The position numbers were made by a program, and so were the translations under genes. Shown in pieces: positions 18,048 through 25,743 of a stretch of 32,000 nucleotides of DNA (its first letter is position 1; each line of letters opens with the position of its first letter). Below the pieces are notes generated by a model. It searched no databases. It saw only the letters and a list, made by a program, of their open reading frames with translations, and was not told where the DNA came from. Source of the DNA: Marinilactibacillus sp. Marseille-P9653 (GTDB taxonomy: Bacteria; Bacillota; Bacilli; Lactobacillales; Carnobacteriaceae_A); NCBI RefSeq assembly GCF_916618885.1, contig NZ_CAKAKH010000001.1:1381005-1413004 (forward strand), written 5' to 3'.

Positions 18048-19343
18048 TTGAAAAAAATCAGAATCATAGAAGCATCTAAGCATATCGGTGAAAAAGTAAC
18101 CATAGGAGCTTGGATCGCAAATAAAAGATCAAGTGGGAAAATTGCCTTCCTACAACTAAGAGATGGATCTGCTTATTTTCAAGGTGTTGTCATCAAGAGT
18201 GATGTAGAAGAAACGGTTTTTGAACAGGCTAAAAACCTAACACAAGAAACTTCAGTTTGGATCACGGGTACGATTCAAGAAGATACACGTTCTAAATTTG
18301 GTTATGAAATTCATGTTGACGGTATCGAAGTCATTAGTGAATCCAAAGACTATCCTATTACACCGAAAGAACATGGGACAGAATTCTTAATGGATCATCG
18401 TCACTTATGGTTACGTTCTTCTAAACAGCATGCAATCATGCAAATTCGTAACGAAGTGATTAGGGCTACTTATGAATTCTTCAATAAAGAAGGTTTCTTA
18501 AAAGTCGATCCTCCTATCTTAACCGGTAATGCAGCAGAAGATACGACTGAGTTATTCCATACGAAATATTTTGAATATGATGCTTTCTTGTCTCAAAGTG
18601 GTCAACTTTACATGGAAGCCGCTGCGATGGCATTAGGAAAAGTATTTTCATTTGGACCGACTTTTAGAGCTGAAAAATCTAAAACAAGACGCCATTTAAT
18701 TGAATTTTGGATGATCGAACCTGAGATGGCTTTTATGGATCAGGATCAATCTTTGGAAATTCAAGAACAATATGTTGCTTACCTAGTACAAAGTGTTCTA
18801 GATAACTGTGATATGGCACTTGACGTATTAGATCGCGATAAAGACTTATTAAAAAAATACACTAGTTTACCTTATCCTCGTATTTCATATGATGAAGCGG
18901 TTGAATTGCTTCAGAAAAATGATTTTGATACGACTTGGGGTGAAGATTTTGGATCACCAGAAGAAACATTTATTGCAACCCAGTACAATCAACCTGTATT
19001 CATTTTGAATTATCCAAAAGCAATTAAACCTTTTTATATGAAACCACATCCAGATCGTGAAGATATCGTTCTTTGTGCGGATATGATCGCTCCAGAAGGT
19101 TACGGAGAAATCATCGGTGGTAGTCAGCGTGAAGATAACTACGAGGCGTTAGAAAAAGAACTTGAGAAACACAACCTAGCCATTAAAGATTACGAATGGT
19201 ATCTTGAGTTGCGTAAATATGGTAGTGTACCGCATTCAGGATTCGGATTAGGTCTTGAACGTGTGATCACTTGGTTATCAGGAACAGAGCACATTAGAGA
19301 ATCGATTCCATTCCCACGTTTGTTGAATAGAATCTACCCGTAA
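18048..19343 (+). CDS. asnS: Asparagine--tRNA ligase
   Basis: 431 aa. The TTG start lies 8 nt after AAGGAG. It has [21 protein letters not shown], the class II motifs [12 protein letters not shown] and GFGLGLERV, and is near-collinear with the Bacillus AsnS N-terminus. Confidence 0.96.
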   Translation: MKKIRIIEASKHIGEKVTIGAWIANKRSSGKIAFLQLRDGSAYFQGVVIKSDVEETVFEQAKNLTQETSVWITGTIQEDTRSKFGYEIHVDGIEVISESKDYPITPKEHGTEFLMDHRHLWLRSSKQHAIMQIRNEVIRATYEFFNKEGFLKVDPPILTGNAAEDTTELFHTKYFEYDAFLSQSGQLYMEAAAMALGKVFSFGPTFRAEKSKTRRHLIEFWMIEPEMAFMDQDQSLEIQEQYVAYLVQSVLDNCDMALDVLDRDKDLLKKYTSLPYPRISYDEAVELLQKNDFDTTWGEDFGSPEETFIATQYNQPVFILNYPKAIKPFYMKPHPDREDIVLCADMIAPEGYGEIIGGSQREDNYEALEKELEKHNLAIKDYEWYLELRKYGSVPHSGFGLGLERVITWLSGTEHIRESIPFPRLLNRIYP

Positions 19344-19357
19344 AGTGACTTGGAAGG

Positions 19358-20080
19358 GTGAAAACGTTGAACGAAGCATTAATGAAAAAGTGGTTAAAGT
19401 CAAAAAACGTTTCGATTTCTACCCTTTTGCTTGAGAATTACAAGAAAATTGGATTAACAAATGACCAACTCGTTTTCCTAATACAATTAAAATCTTTTGT
19501 AGATCAAGGAGAAGGATTTCCTGATGTCTCTTTAATTGCAGAACGGATGGAGCTGACACGAGAGGCTGCTTTCAAAGAAATTCATAACTTGATCAATAAG
19601 AGTGTATTATCTATTGAAACCAATACTGGTCAAGATGGCAAGAGTCAAGATGAACTGTCATTTGATCTCCTATGGGAAAAGTTGATCTTGCTTATGAAAC
19701 AAGATCAGGAGCGACAGGAACAAGAAACCTCTGGGCTGACTTCAAAGGATTTATATAATTTATTTGAACAAGAATTCGGTAGACCGTTATCTCCAATTGA
19801 AATTCAAACGTTAAATATGTGGATCGATGAAGACCATTACGATCCTGAACTCATTCAAATGGCTTTAAGAGAAGCGGTATTGAGCCAGGTTTATAGCCTG
19901 AAATATATTGATCGTATCTTATTGAGCTGGGAAAAGAAAAATATTAAGAATAAAGACCAAGTTCTTAAAGAATCTCAGAATCACAGAAATAACCAACATA
20001 AATCAAATGATTCTGGTCAAGAGAAATCCTCTGCTAAGCCGGTTCCCATGTATGACTGGCTCAAAGAATACAAAGATTAA
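19358..20080 (+). CDS. dnaD: DNA replication initiation / primosome protein DnaD
   Basis: 240 aa. LYNLFEQEFGRPLSPIEIQTLNMWI...ALREAVLSQVYSLKYIDRILLSWEKK matches the DnaD C-terminal domain. The start is ambiguous: GTG 19358, TTG 19367 or ATG 19382. Confidence 0.88.
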   Translation: MKTLNEALMKKWLKSKNVSISTLLLENYKKIGLTNDQLVFLIQLKSFVDQGEGFPDVSLIAERMELTREAAFKEIHNLINKSVLSIETNTGQDGKSQDELSFDLLWEKLILLMKQDQERQEQETSGLTSKDLYNLFEQEFGRPLSPIEIQTLNMWIDEDHYDPELIQMALREAVLSQVYSLKYIDRILLSWEKKNIKNKDQVLKESQNHRNNQHKSNDSGQEKSSAKPVPMYDWLKEYKD

Positions 20081-20101
20081 AGATTGAAAAAGGAGCTTTT
20101 C

Positions 20102-20743
20102 ATGTCTGATAGTGAAATTTTACTGACTAGTACAGAGACGACTAAGTTGATTGAAGCTATGGGGAAGTTATTTCCGAATGCTAAAGCTGAGTTAATCCAC
20201 AAGAATTCTTTTGAACTGCTTATCTCTGTCATAATGAGTGCACAGACAACAGATATCGCCGTAAATAAAGTGACGCCAGCACTCTTTGAAGCTTATCCTA
20301 CCCCAGAATTGATGATGGAAGCTCCACTAGATGACATCATGAACAAAATCAAAACCATTGGACTTTACCGTAATAAGGCAAAATTCGTTAAAAACTGTTC
20401 TCGTGAATTGATAGAACGGTTTGATGGGATTGTACCGTCTACACATAAAGAGCTGGAAAGTCTGCCTGGTGTTGGACGGAAAACAGCTAATGTAGTGATG
20501 AGTGTTGCTTTCGATAAACCAGCTATTGCCGTTGATACACATGTAGAAAGAATTAGTAAGAAATTCAATATTTGTTCGCAGCAGGCAACCGTTCGTCAAG
20601 TAGAAGATAGCTTGATGGAAAAACTACCAGAAGATTTGTGGAGTATTGCTCATCACCGTATGATTTTCTTTGGACGCTATCAATGTCCTGCTAGAACGCA
20701 TGATCATAATCAATGTATTCAGCGAATCAAAGAACATTTATAA
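20102..20743 (+). CDS. nth: Endonuclease III (HhH-GPD DNA glycosylase/AP lyase) with a non-canonical C-terminus
   Basis: The ATG at 20102 lies 6 nt after AAAGGAG and is preferred over the TTG at 20084. It has the HhH motif LPGVGRKTANVV plus the catalytic Lys/Asp region (VDTHVERI). The C-terminus has C-X9-C instead of C-X6-C-X2-C-X5-C. Confidence 0.9.
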   Translation: MSDSEILLTSTETTKLIEAMGKLFPNAKAELIHKNSFELLISVIMSAQTTDIAVNKVTPALFEAYPTPELMMEAPLDDIMNKIKTIGLYRNKAKFVKNCSRELIERFDGIVPSTHKELESLPGVGRKTANVVMSVAFDKPAIAVDTHVERISKKFNICSQQATVRQVEDSLMEKLPEDLWSIAHHRMIFFGRYQCPARTHDHNQCIQRIKEHL

Positions 20744-20749
20744 CTAAAA

Positions 20750-20779
20750 GGCAGAGTATGATGTACTCTGTCTTTTTTT
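20750..20779 (+). terminator. Rho-independent terminator after nth
   Basis: GGCAGAGTA (20750-20758) pairs with TACTCTGTC (20764-20772), including one G-U pair, across a 5-nt loop. A run of seven T follows. Confidence 0.8.
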
Positions 20780-20887
20780 AGAATGAAATTTAACTGAAGA
20801 ATTTCTTTAATTCTATTAAATACGATATACTAATAGCATAAATCTTTCCATCATATACTTATTTAAGATCATTATAGGAGGATCCGT

Positions 20888-22159
20888 ATGGATAATCATC
20901 AACAGACTTCGAGATTAGAACAAGTTCAAGAGCAATACAAGGCTTATCAAAATAGACCATTTGAAATTACGATAGCAAGGGGGATTCCGTCCACTAAGCA
21001 ATTAGAGTTAGCAAAACCATTGTTAGACAAACTGGTAGGTTCCGATTGGCTTAGTGAAGATGAACAAGATATTCGTAACTACGGTGGACTAATGGGGATC
21101 AAGGAAGCTCGATCACTATTTAGTGATTTACTTGGTACGTCGATTGAAGAAACGATTGTCGCAGGAAATTCTAGTCTTCAATTAATGTATAGTGTGCTCA
21201 TCATGCACATGTACACAGGAAAATCAAAATGGAATAATGAAGAAAAAGTTAAGTTCCTTTGTCCAAGTCCTGGTTATGATAGACATTTTTCTATGCTCGA
21301 AAGGTTAGGTATTGAGATGATCCCAGTAGAACTGACCGGTTCAGGACCTGATATGGAAGTAGTAGAAAAAATTGTTTCACAAGACGCTTCCATTAAAGGC
21401 ATTTTCTGTGTCCCTACCTATAGCAATCCTACTGGTGAAACATATTCTGATGAAGTCGTTGAACGCTTAGCAGATATGCACACGGCAGCGGAGGACTTTT
21501 TGATCATGTGGGACAATGCTTATACAGTTCACCATCTATTTGATGAAAAAGAACAAGCCATCAATATATTAGAAGCCTGCAAAGAAGCGGGTGTACCGGA
21601 TCGTCCCTTTATGTTCGTGTCCACCTCTAAAATGACTTTTCCAGGTGCTGGTGTTGCAGCAGTAGGTGCTTCAGAGACAAATATCCTAAGATTCGCTGAA
21701 GAGCTCAGCAAACAAATTATTAGTTTTGATAAGCTGAACCAGAAGAGACACGTGGACTTTTTGAAAGATCAAAAAACGATAGAACGATTGATGGAGAAAC
21801 ATGCAGACATTTTGCGTCCTAAATTTGAATGGATACAAGCGATTTTTGAAGCATACTTTGCAGGAGAGAGAAGTCGGCTTCTGAAATGGACAGAACCTAA
21901 AGGTGGATACTTTGTTCATCTGACAACCGCAAACGGCTGTGCAACCGAAATAGTGGACAAAATGGAACAAATTGGAATACAATTAACACCAGCGAATGCA
22001 ACTTATCCATACGGTATCAATCCTCTTGATAATAGTATCAGACTGGCACCAAGTTATATCGGATTAGATAAACTAGAAGTTGCTTTAGAGGCTTTGTGTA
22101 CTTGCGTCGAGCTTGTAACACTTGAGAAATATGGAGAAAATTTTTTAGGAGGCGAATAA
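20888..22159 (+). CDS. PLP-dependent aminotransferase (class I/II fold), substrate unknown
   Basis: 423 aa with AGGAGG RBS. It has the STSKMTFPGAG PLP-lysine context and an NPTG motif (YSNPTGETYS). Confidence 0.8.
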   Translation: MDNHQQTSRLEQVQEQYKAYQNRPFEITIARGIPSTKQLELAKPLLDKLVGSDWLSEDEQDIRNYGGLMGIKEARSLFSDLLGTSIEETIVAGNSSLQLMYSVLIMHMYTGKSKWNNEEKVKFLCPSPGYDRHFSMLERLGIEMIPVELTGSGPDMEVVEKIVSQDASIKGIFCVPTYSNPTGETYSDEVVERLADMHTAAEDFLIMWDNAYTVHHLFDEKEQAINILEACKEAGVPDRPFMFVSTSKMTFPGAGVAAVGASETNILRFAEELSKQIISFDKLNQKRHVDFLKDQKTIERLMEKHADILRPKFEWIQAIFEAYFAGERSRLLKWTEPKGGYFVHLTTANGCATEIVDKMEQIGIQLTPANATYPYGINPLDNSIRLAPSYIGLDKLEVALEALCTCVELVTLEKYGENFLGGE

Positions 22160-22163
22160 TAAT

Positions 22164-22484
22164 ATGTCAAAAGGAAGTTTTGGATTAGGCGTTATTTTAG
22201 GAAGTACGATAGGAGTAGCTTCGGCTTATTTATTAGCTCAGAAATCTGGAGATGCGCTTCAAGAAGATCTTAAAGATAAAGTAAGTGACTCCAAAAATAA
22301 GATGGTTATCAAACTGGATGAAATGTTAGATGAAGCAGAAACTACCGTATCTGAAAAATTAACAGACACTGACTCATATAATCCACCTGTTCAATACGAG
22401 GTTACACCAGAAACGGTCGCTGGACCTCCAGAGAATACAGCACTGGTAGATGATCCTATCGTTGTACCTGATGTTAAACTATAA
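22164..22484 (+). CDS. YtxH-domain protein (small membrane-associated, stress-type protein)
   Basis: 106 aa. The N-terminus (FGLGVILGSTIGVASAYLLAQKSGDALQEDLKDK) resembles the YtxH signature. The RBS lies within the upstream gene's 3' end. Confidence 0.6.
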   Translation: MSKGSFGLGVILGSTIGVASAYLLAQKSGDALQEDLKDKVSDSKNKMVIKLDEMLDEAETTVSEKLTDTDSYNPPVQYEVTPETVAGPPENTALVDDPIVVPDVKL

Positions 22485-22508
22485 ACGTACTTGGTTTAGA
22501 TAAACTAT

Positions 22509-22574
22509 AGAACTTTGATGAACGTACCTTCGACGCTTTCTAGCTCGTGTATGCTCAATCAAGGTTCTTTTTTT
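22509..22574 (+). terminator. Candidate terminator with a large loop, downstream of the ytxH-like gene
   Basis: AGAACTTTGAT (22509-22519) pairs with ATCAAGGTTCT (22558-22568), including one G-U pair. A run of seven T follows. The 38-nt loop makes it atypical. Confidence 0.4.
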
Positions 22575-22594
22575 GTTTAAACTTCCAGTCATTA

Positions 22595-22608
22595 TGTATA
22601 AAAATTCA
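22595..22608 (+). promoter_or_regulatory. ARG box (ArgR/AhrC operator) upstream of arcA
   Basis: TGTATAAAAATTCA matches the core consensus TGAATwwwwATTCA at 13 of 14 positions. It lies ~108 nt upstream of the arcA ATG. A weaker half-match, TGAATCTTTTACCA, is at 22625-22638. Confidence 0.45.
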
Positions 22609-22715
22609 AATAATAGCTTTAGAGTGAATCTTTTACCATTTGTTCCTTTTGATTGTTTTTCCAAGTAAAAGTCTTTATTATAGTGGTTATAACTACTTGT
22701 TACAGGAGGACAAAA

Positions 22716-23945
22716 ATGAGTATGATCTTCAACGTGAAATCTGAAATTACTAAATTAAATTCTGTTTTATTAAAGCGACCTGGTAAAGAAGTAGAGAATC
22801 TGACCCCTAACACAATGCATGATCTTTTATTTGATGATATTCCCTATTTACCAATTATACAACAAGAACATGATGCCTTTGCACAGCTTTTAAAAGATAA
22901 TGGCTCAGAAGTATTATATCTTGAAAAACTTGTAGCAGAAGCAATTGACGCTGCTGGAATTAGAGAAATGGTCATTGATAAATTTATGACTGAATCTGGC
23001 GTTTATGAGTCAGATATAACAAAGGAATTAAAAAATTATCTGATGACATTTTCTACGCAAGACCTAGTAGATAAAATTATGGGTGGCGTACGTAATGATG
23101 AAATTGATATTGAATCGAACTCATTATCTTGGATAGCCGACCATGAGAAGAGCTCTTTATTTTTAATGCAACCAATGCCTAATTTGTATTATACGAGAGA
23201 TCCCGCAAATATACTCGATAATGGAATTTCTATTAACAATATGACGTATAAGGCCAGAAAACGTGAATCTTTATTCATGGATATTATTGTTAAATATCAT
23301 CCTGAATTCAAGCAGTCTAACTTGGAAGTCTGGAGAGACAGAACCGTTTCTACCTCGATAGAAGGAGGAGATGTACTCGTATTGAGTGACGATGTTTTAG
23401 CAATCGGTATTTCCCAGAGAACTTCGGGGCTTGCTATTGAAGAACTGGCACGAACTTTGTTCGAAAAGCATGCGACCTTCTCAAAAGTTGTTGCGATTGA
23501 AATCCCTAGAGTCCGGGCAATGATGCACCTGGACACGGTTTTTACAATGATTGATAAAGATAAATTTACAATTCATCCAGGAATTCAGGGACTTGATGGT
23601 AAAATGTCTGTTTATATCCTAGAACCCGGCAAGTCAGACGGTGATATCCACTTAACACAACATTCAGACTTGACTGAAGTGCTTAAACAAGTTTTAAATT
23701 TATCTGAAATTGCCTTGATTCCTTGTGGAGGTGGCGATGCTATCGCTGCGCCTCGAGAGCAATGGAACGATGGATCAAACACTTTAGCGATAGAACCAAG
23801 TGTAGTCGTCACATATAATCGTAATTATGTTTCAAATGATCTTATGAGAGAACACGGTGTTAAAGTATTGGAAATTCCTTCAAGTGAGTTATCAAGAGGA
23901 CGGGGCGGACCTAGATGTATGAGTATGCCTTTAAATAGAGATTGA
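22716..23945 (+). CDS. arcA: Arginine deiminase
   Basis: 409 aa from the ATG at 22716, 6 nt after AGGAGGA. It has the family-typical N-terminus (SEITKLNSVLLKRPG) and the C-terminal catalytic Cys context GGPRCMSMPL. The 21-codon upstream extension of the ORF has no RBS. Confidence 0.95.
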   Translation: MSMIFNVKSEITKLNSVLLKRPGKEVENLTPNTMHDLLFDDIPYLPIIQQEHDAFAQLLKDNGSEVLYLEKLVAEAIDAAGIREMVIDKFMTESGVYESDITKELKNYLMTFSTQDLVDKIMGGVRNDEIDIESNSLSWIADHEKSSLFLMQPMPNLYYTRDPANILDNGISINNMTYKARKRESLFMDIIVKYHPEFKQSNLEVWRDRTVSTSIEGGDVLVLSDDVLAIGISQRTSGLAIEELARTLFEKHATFSKVVAIEIPRVRAMMHLDTVFTMIDKDKFTIHPGIQGLDGKMSVYILEPGKSDGDIHLTQHSDLTEVLKQVLNLSEIALIPCGGGDAIAAPREQWNDGSNTLAIEPSVVVTYNRNYVSNDLMREHGVKVLEIPSSELSRGRGGPRCMSMPLNRD

Positions 23946-23950
23946 TTAAT

Positions 23951-24002
23951 AAAAACCATCTTAGCGTTACCTTATAAGGTAGTCTAAGATGGTTTTCTTT
24001 TG
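23951..24002. terminator. Bidirectional terminator between convergent arcA and ydaT
   Basis: AAAACCATCTTAG (23952-23964) pairs with CTAAGATGGTTTT (23984-23996), a perfect 13-bp stem, with an inner TACCTTA/TAAGGTA palindrome. It is T-rich on the + side and A-rich on the 5' side, giving a U-tract on the - strand. Confidence 0.8.
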
Positions 24003-24007
24003 CGATT

Positions 24008-24439
24008 TTAAACTTGTTTTTTTCCGTCTTTAGTGTATGAGATAACATTGGATTCTTTGTTCTCTGCAATTTCTTTGGCGCGATTTGTAGCATCCTTTTT
24101 TGTTTCAAACGTGGAATCAGGTCTTTTTGCTTTTTTTGTCCGAACTTTCCATTCATTTTCTTCGAAGTACACCAGTACATCATTGTCTAATAAATCAGCG
24201 TTTCCAGTGTGTTCATGGTCGTCGTCTTTTTTCGGTTTCTGTTCGGAATCAAAAGCTTTTATTTCATCCTGATCTGACTTTTCATACCATTCTTCTGCTT
24301 GGCTTATAGCGATTGGTATGGCACGATCTTCTGGGTAATCATTGTCCAATAAGGCGTTAGCAATATCAATAGCTTTTTTGCGTACGACATTTTTTAAATT
24401 TTTCATAGCGTCTGGGTAGTCTTTAGTATCCCATGGCAT
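24008..24439 (-). CDS. ydaT: YdaT-like protein (DUF2188 family)
   Basis: MPWDTKDYPDAMKNLKNVVRKKAIDIANALLDNDYPEDRAIPIAISQAEEW is near-collinear with B. subtilis YdaT. The ATG at 24439 lies 8 nt after AAAGGA; the upstream ATG at 24448 abuts the RBS and is rejected. Confidence 0.8.
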   Translation of the reverse strand: MPWDTKDYPDAMKNLKNVVRKKAIDIANALLDNDYPEDRAIPIAISQAEEWYEKSDQDEIKAFDSEQKPKKDDDHEHTGNADLLDNDVLVYFEENEWKVRTKKAKRPDSTFETKKDATNRAKEIAENKESNVISYTKDGKKQV

Positions 24440-24555
24440 ACAAATCATCCTTTCATATTTTCTGTTTTCGTTATATCATGAATATAGAATTAACACGAAT
24501 ATTTAGACTTCATGTTTTAGAGTAATATGAAGTAAAACAAGTAAAAGAGGTTACT

Positions 24556-25383
24556 ATGAAAAAGATAGAAAAATCAGCTCATTTCCTAAGAGAAAATAGT
24601 GCATTATTTCAATGTCCGGTATGTCAGGATGATTTCCTAGAAGTGAATAGCCATCAAATGATTTGTATTCAAGGTCATTCATTCAATCTTTCAAAAAAAG
24701 GAACGGTTCATTTCCTTTTGAAACAGCCGCACAATGATTATGGTAGTGAAATGCTTAAATCTAGAAGAATCATTGCCCAAGACGGGCTTTGGCATCCAAT
24801 GCTACAAGAAGTCTTTCAGACTGTTTCAAAAAAAGATGGTGTTCACCTAGATGTTGGCTGTGGAGAAGGTTCTCATCTTCACCATTTACATGAAATGGGA
24901 TTAGAGGGTCTAAAAATTGGTTTTGATATTTCTAAAGATGCCATACAGCTAGCAGCTGCTTTATACACTGAAGCATTCTGGAGTGTGGCTGACTTGGCTC
25001 GATCACCTTTTGCATCTAATGCTTACGATACCATCTTCAACATTCTTTCTCCGTCAAATTATAGTGAATTTGATCGATTGTTGAAAAAAGGCGGTCAGGT
25101 TATTAAAGTTATTCCATCAGAGCGTTATCTTATTGAGGTAAGAGAATTAACGGGGAATGACGAGAAACCTTATTCTAATCAAGACGTAGTAGAAAAATTT
25201 TTTGATCACTATCCAGGTGCTGAAAAAATCAGTATCCAATACAAACATGATTTGAAACCATCTCTTGCTCCATTGTTGGTTGAAATGACTCCACTAGGAT
25301 GGAATGCAGCTGAACAAATAGATTTGAAAGGTCTGAAAAGTGTGACGGTTGAAATGGAAATATTAGTTGGTACGAAAGCGTAA
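24556..25383 (+). CDS. rlmA: 23S rRNA (guanine-N1)-methyltransferase, RlmA/RrmA family
   Basis: 275 aa with an N-terminal Zn-ribbon (CPVC...CIQGHSF), the NLSKKGTVHFL motif and the SAM motif LDVGCGEGSH. Confidence 0.85.
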   Translation: MKKIEKSAHFLRENSALFQCPVCQDDFLEVNSHQMICIQGHSFNLSKKGTVHFLLKQPHNDYGSEMLKSRRIIAQDGLWHPMLQEVFQTVSKKDGVHLDVGCGEGSHLHHLHEMGLEGLKIGFDISKDAIQLAAALYTEAFWSVADLARSPFASNAYDTIFNILSPSNYSEFDRLLKKGGQVIKVIPSERYLIEVRELTGNDEKPYSNQDVVEKFFDHYPGAEKISIQYKHDLKPSLAPLLVEMTPLGWNAAEQIDLKGLKSVTVEMEILVGTKA

Positions 25384-25488
25384 TGTTGAGAAAAAAATGA
25401 TTGAATGGATTTTTTGTAAACCTATTTACAAAAAGTTCACAATATTGTTGAACTTTACCTTAATTTCGAGATTAATTCCGCCAGTACC

Positions 25489-25517
25489 TTGCATTCGCTA
25501 TATTCCAGTGTTATCAT
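25489..25517 (+). promoter_or_regulatory. Candidate sigma-A promoter inside the rlmA-queG gap
   Basis: TTGCAT (25489-25494), a 17-nt spacer, then TATCAT (25512-25517). No long ORF lies downstream before a strong terminator. Confidence 0.45.
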
Positions 25518-25523
25518 ATGAAA

Positions 25524-25652
25524 CATAAGCTGATTTGATTCATTGGTTTTTATCAGTCACCCCATCAGAAGCTGATAAAAAAATGTGAAATAGCAACAGC
25601 TTAATTAACGTATCGCTTCGCAGTGCTTGACACCGAGGCGATACGTTTTTTT
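25524..25652 (+). ncRNA. Candidate small RNA or orphan leader of about 130 nt, family unknown
   Basis: Bounded by the promoter above and the strong terminator at 25607-25652. It contains a 10-bp hairpin, TTTTTATCAG (25547-25556) with CTGATAAAAA (25572-25581), with competing ATCAG/CTGAT copies. The only ORF is a 6-codon one. The boundaries are inferred, not measured. Confidence 0.3.
25607..25652 (+). terminator. Strong rho-independent terminator 90 nt upstream of queG
   Basis: AACGTATCGC (25607-25616) pairs with GCGATACGTT (25638-25647). The stem extends by TTCG/CGAG to about 14 bp with a 13-nt loop. TTTTTTT follows. Confidence 0.8.
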
Positions 25653-25677
25653 GTGTAATGAATTTTACATTATGATG

Positions 25678-25706
25678 TTTAAGTTCAAGGGAAAATAAGT
25701 TATAAT
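25678..25706 (+). promoter_or_regulatory. Candidate sigma-A promoter for queG
   Basis: TTTAAG (25678-25683), a 17-nt spacer, then TATAAT (25701-25706), 38 nt upstream of the queG ATG. Confidence 0.45.
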
Positions 25707-25743
25707 TTATACCGATTACCCATTATGAAAGGAGGTACCCATA

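Noticed and set aside
22479-22664. A 61-aa ORF lies on the - strand between the ytxH-like gene and arcA.
   Set aside because: It spans the terminator hairpin and the arcA promoter/ARG-box region, has no RBS, and gives a basic low-complexity translation. It is most likely non-coding.
23911-24309. Three extra ORFs overlap ydaT and the arcA terminator: 23911-24183 on the - strand, and 24033-24272 and 24100-24309 on the + strand.
   Set aside because: They overlap a clearly conserved YdaT-family CDS or cross the bidirectional terminator, and they have no RBS or recognisable motifs.
25397-25534. A 45-codon ORF (MIEWIFCKPIYKKFTILLNF...) lies in the rlmA-queG gap.
   Set aside because: It has no convincing RBS (only an A-run upstream), runs through the two palindromes and the candidate promoter, and shows no recognisable features. 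It is kept only as a remote alternative to the sRNA interpretation.
25547-25600. A preQ1-class riboswitch could lie upstream of queG. The hairpin, A-rich tail and loop-tail complementarity resemble the preQ1-I topology.
   Set aside because: The stem and loop lengths and the sequence do not match the preQ1-I, -II or -III consensus as I recall them. queG has its own promoter after the terminator, and queG is not a typical preQ1-regulated gene. The element is reported only as an unclassified structured unit.
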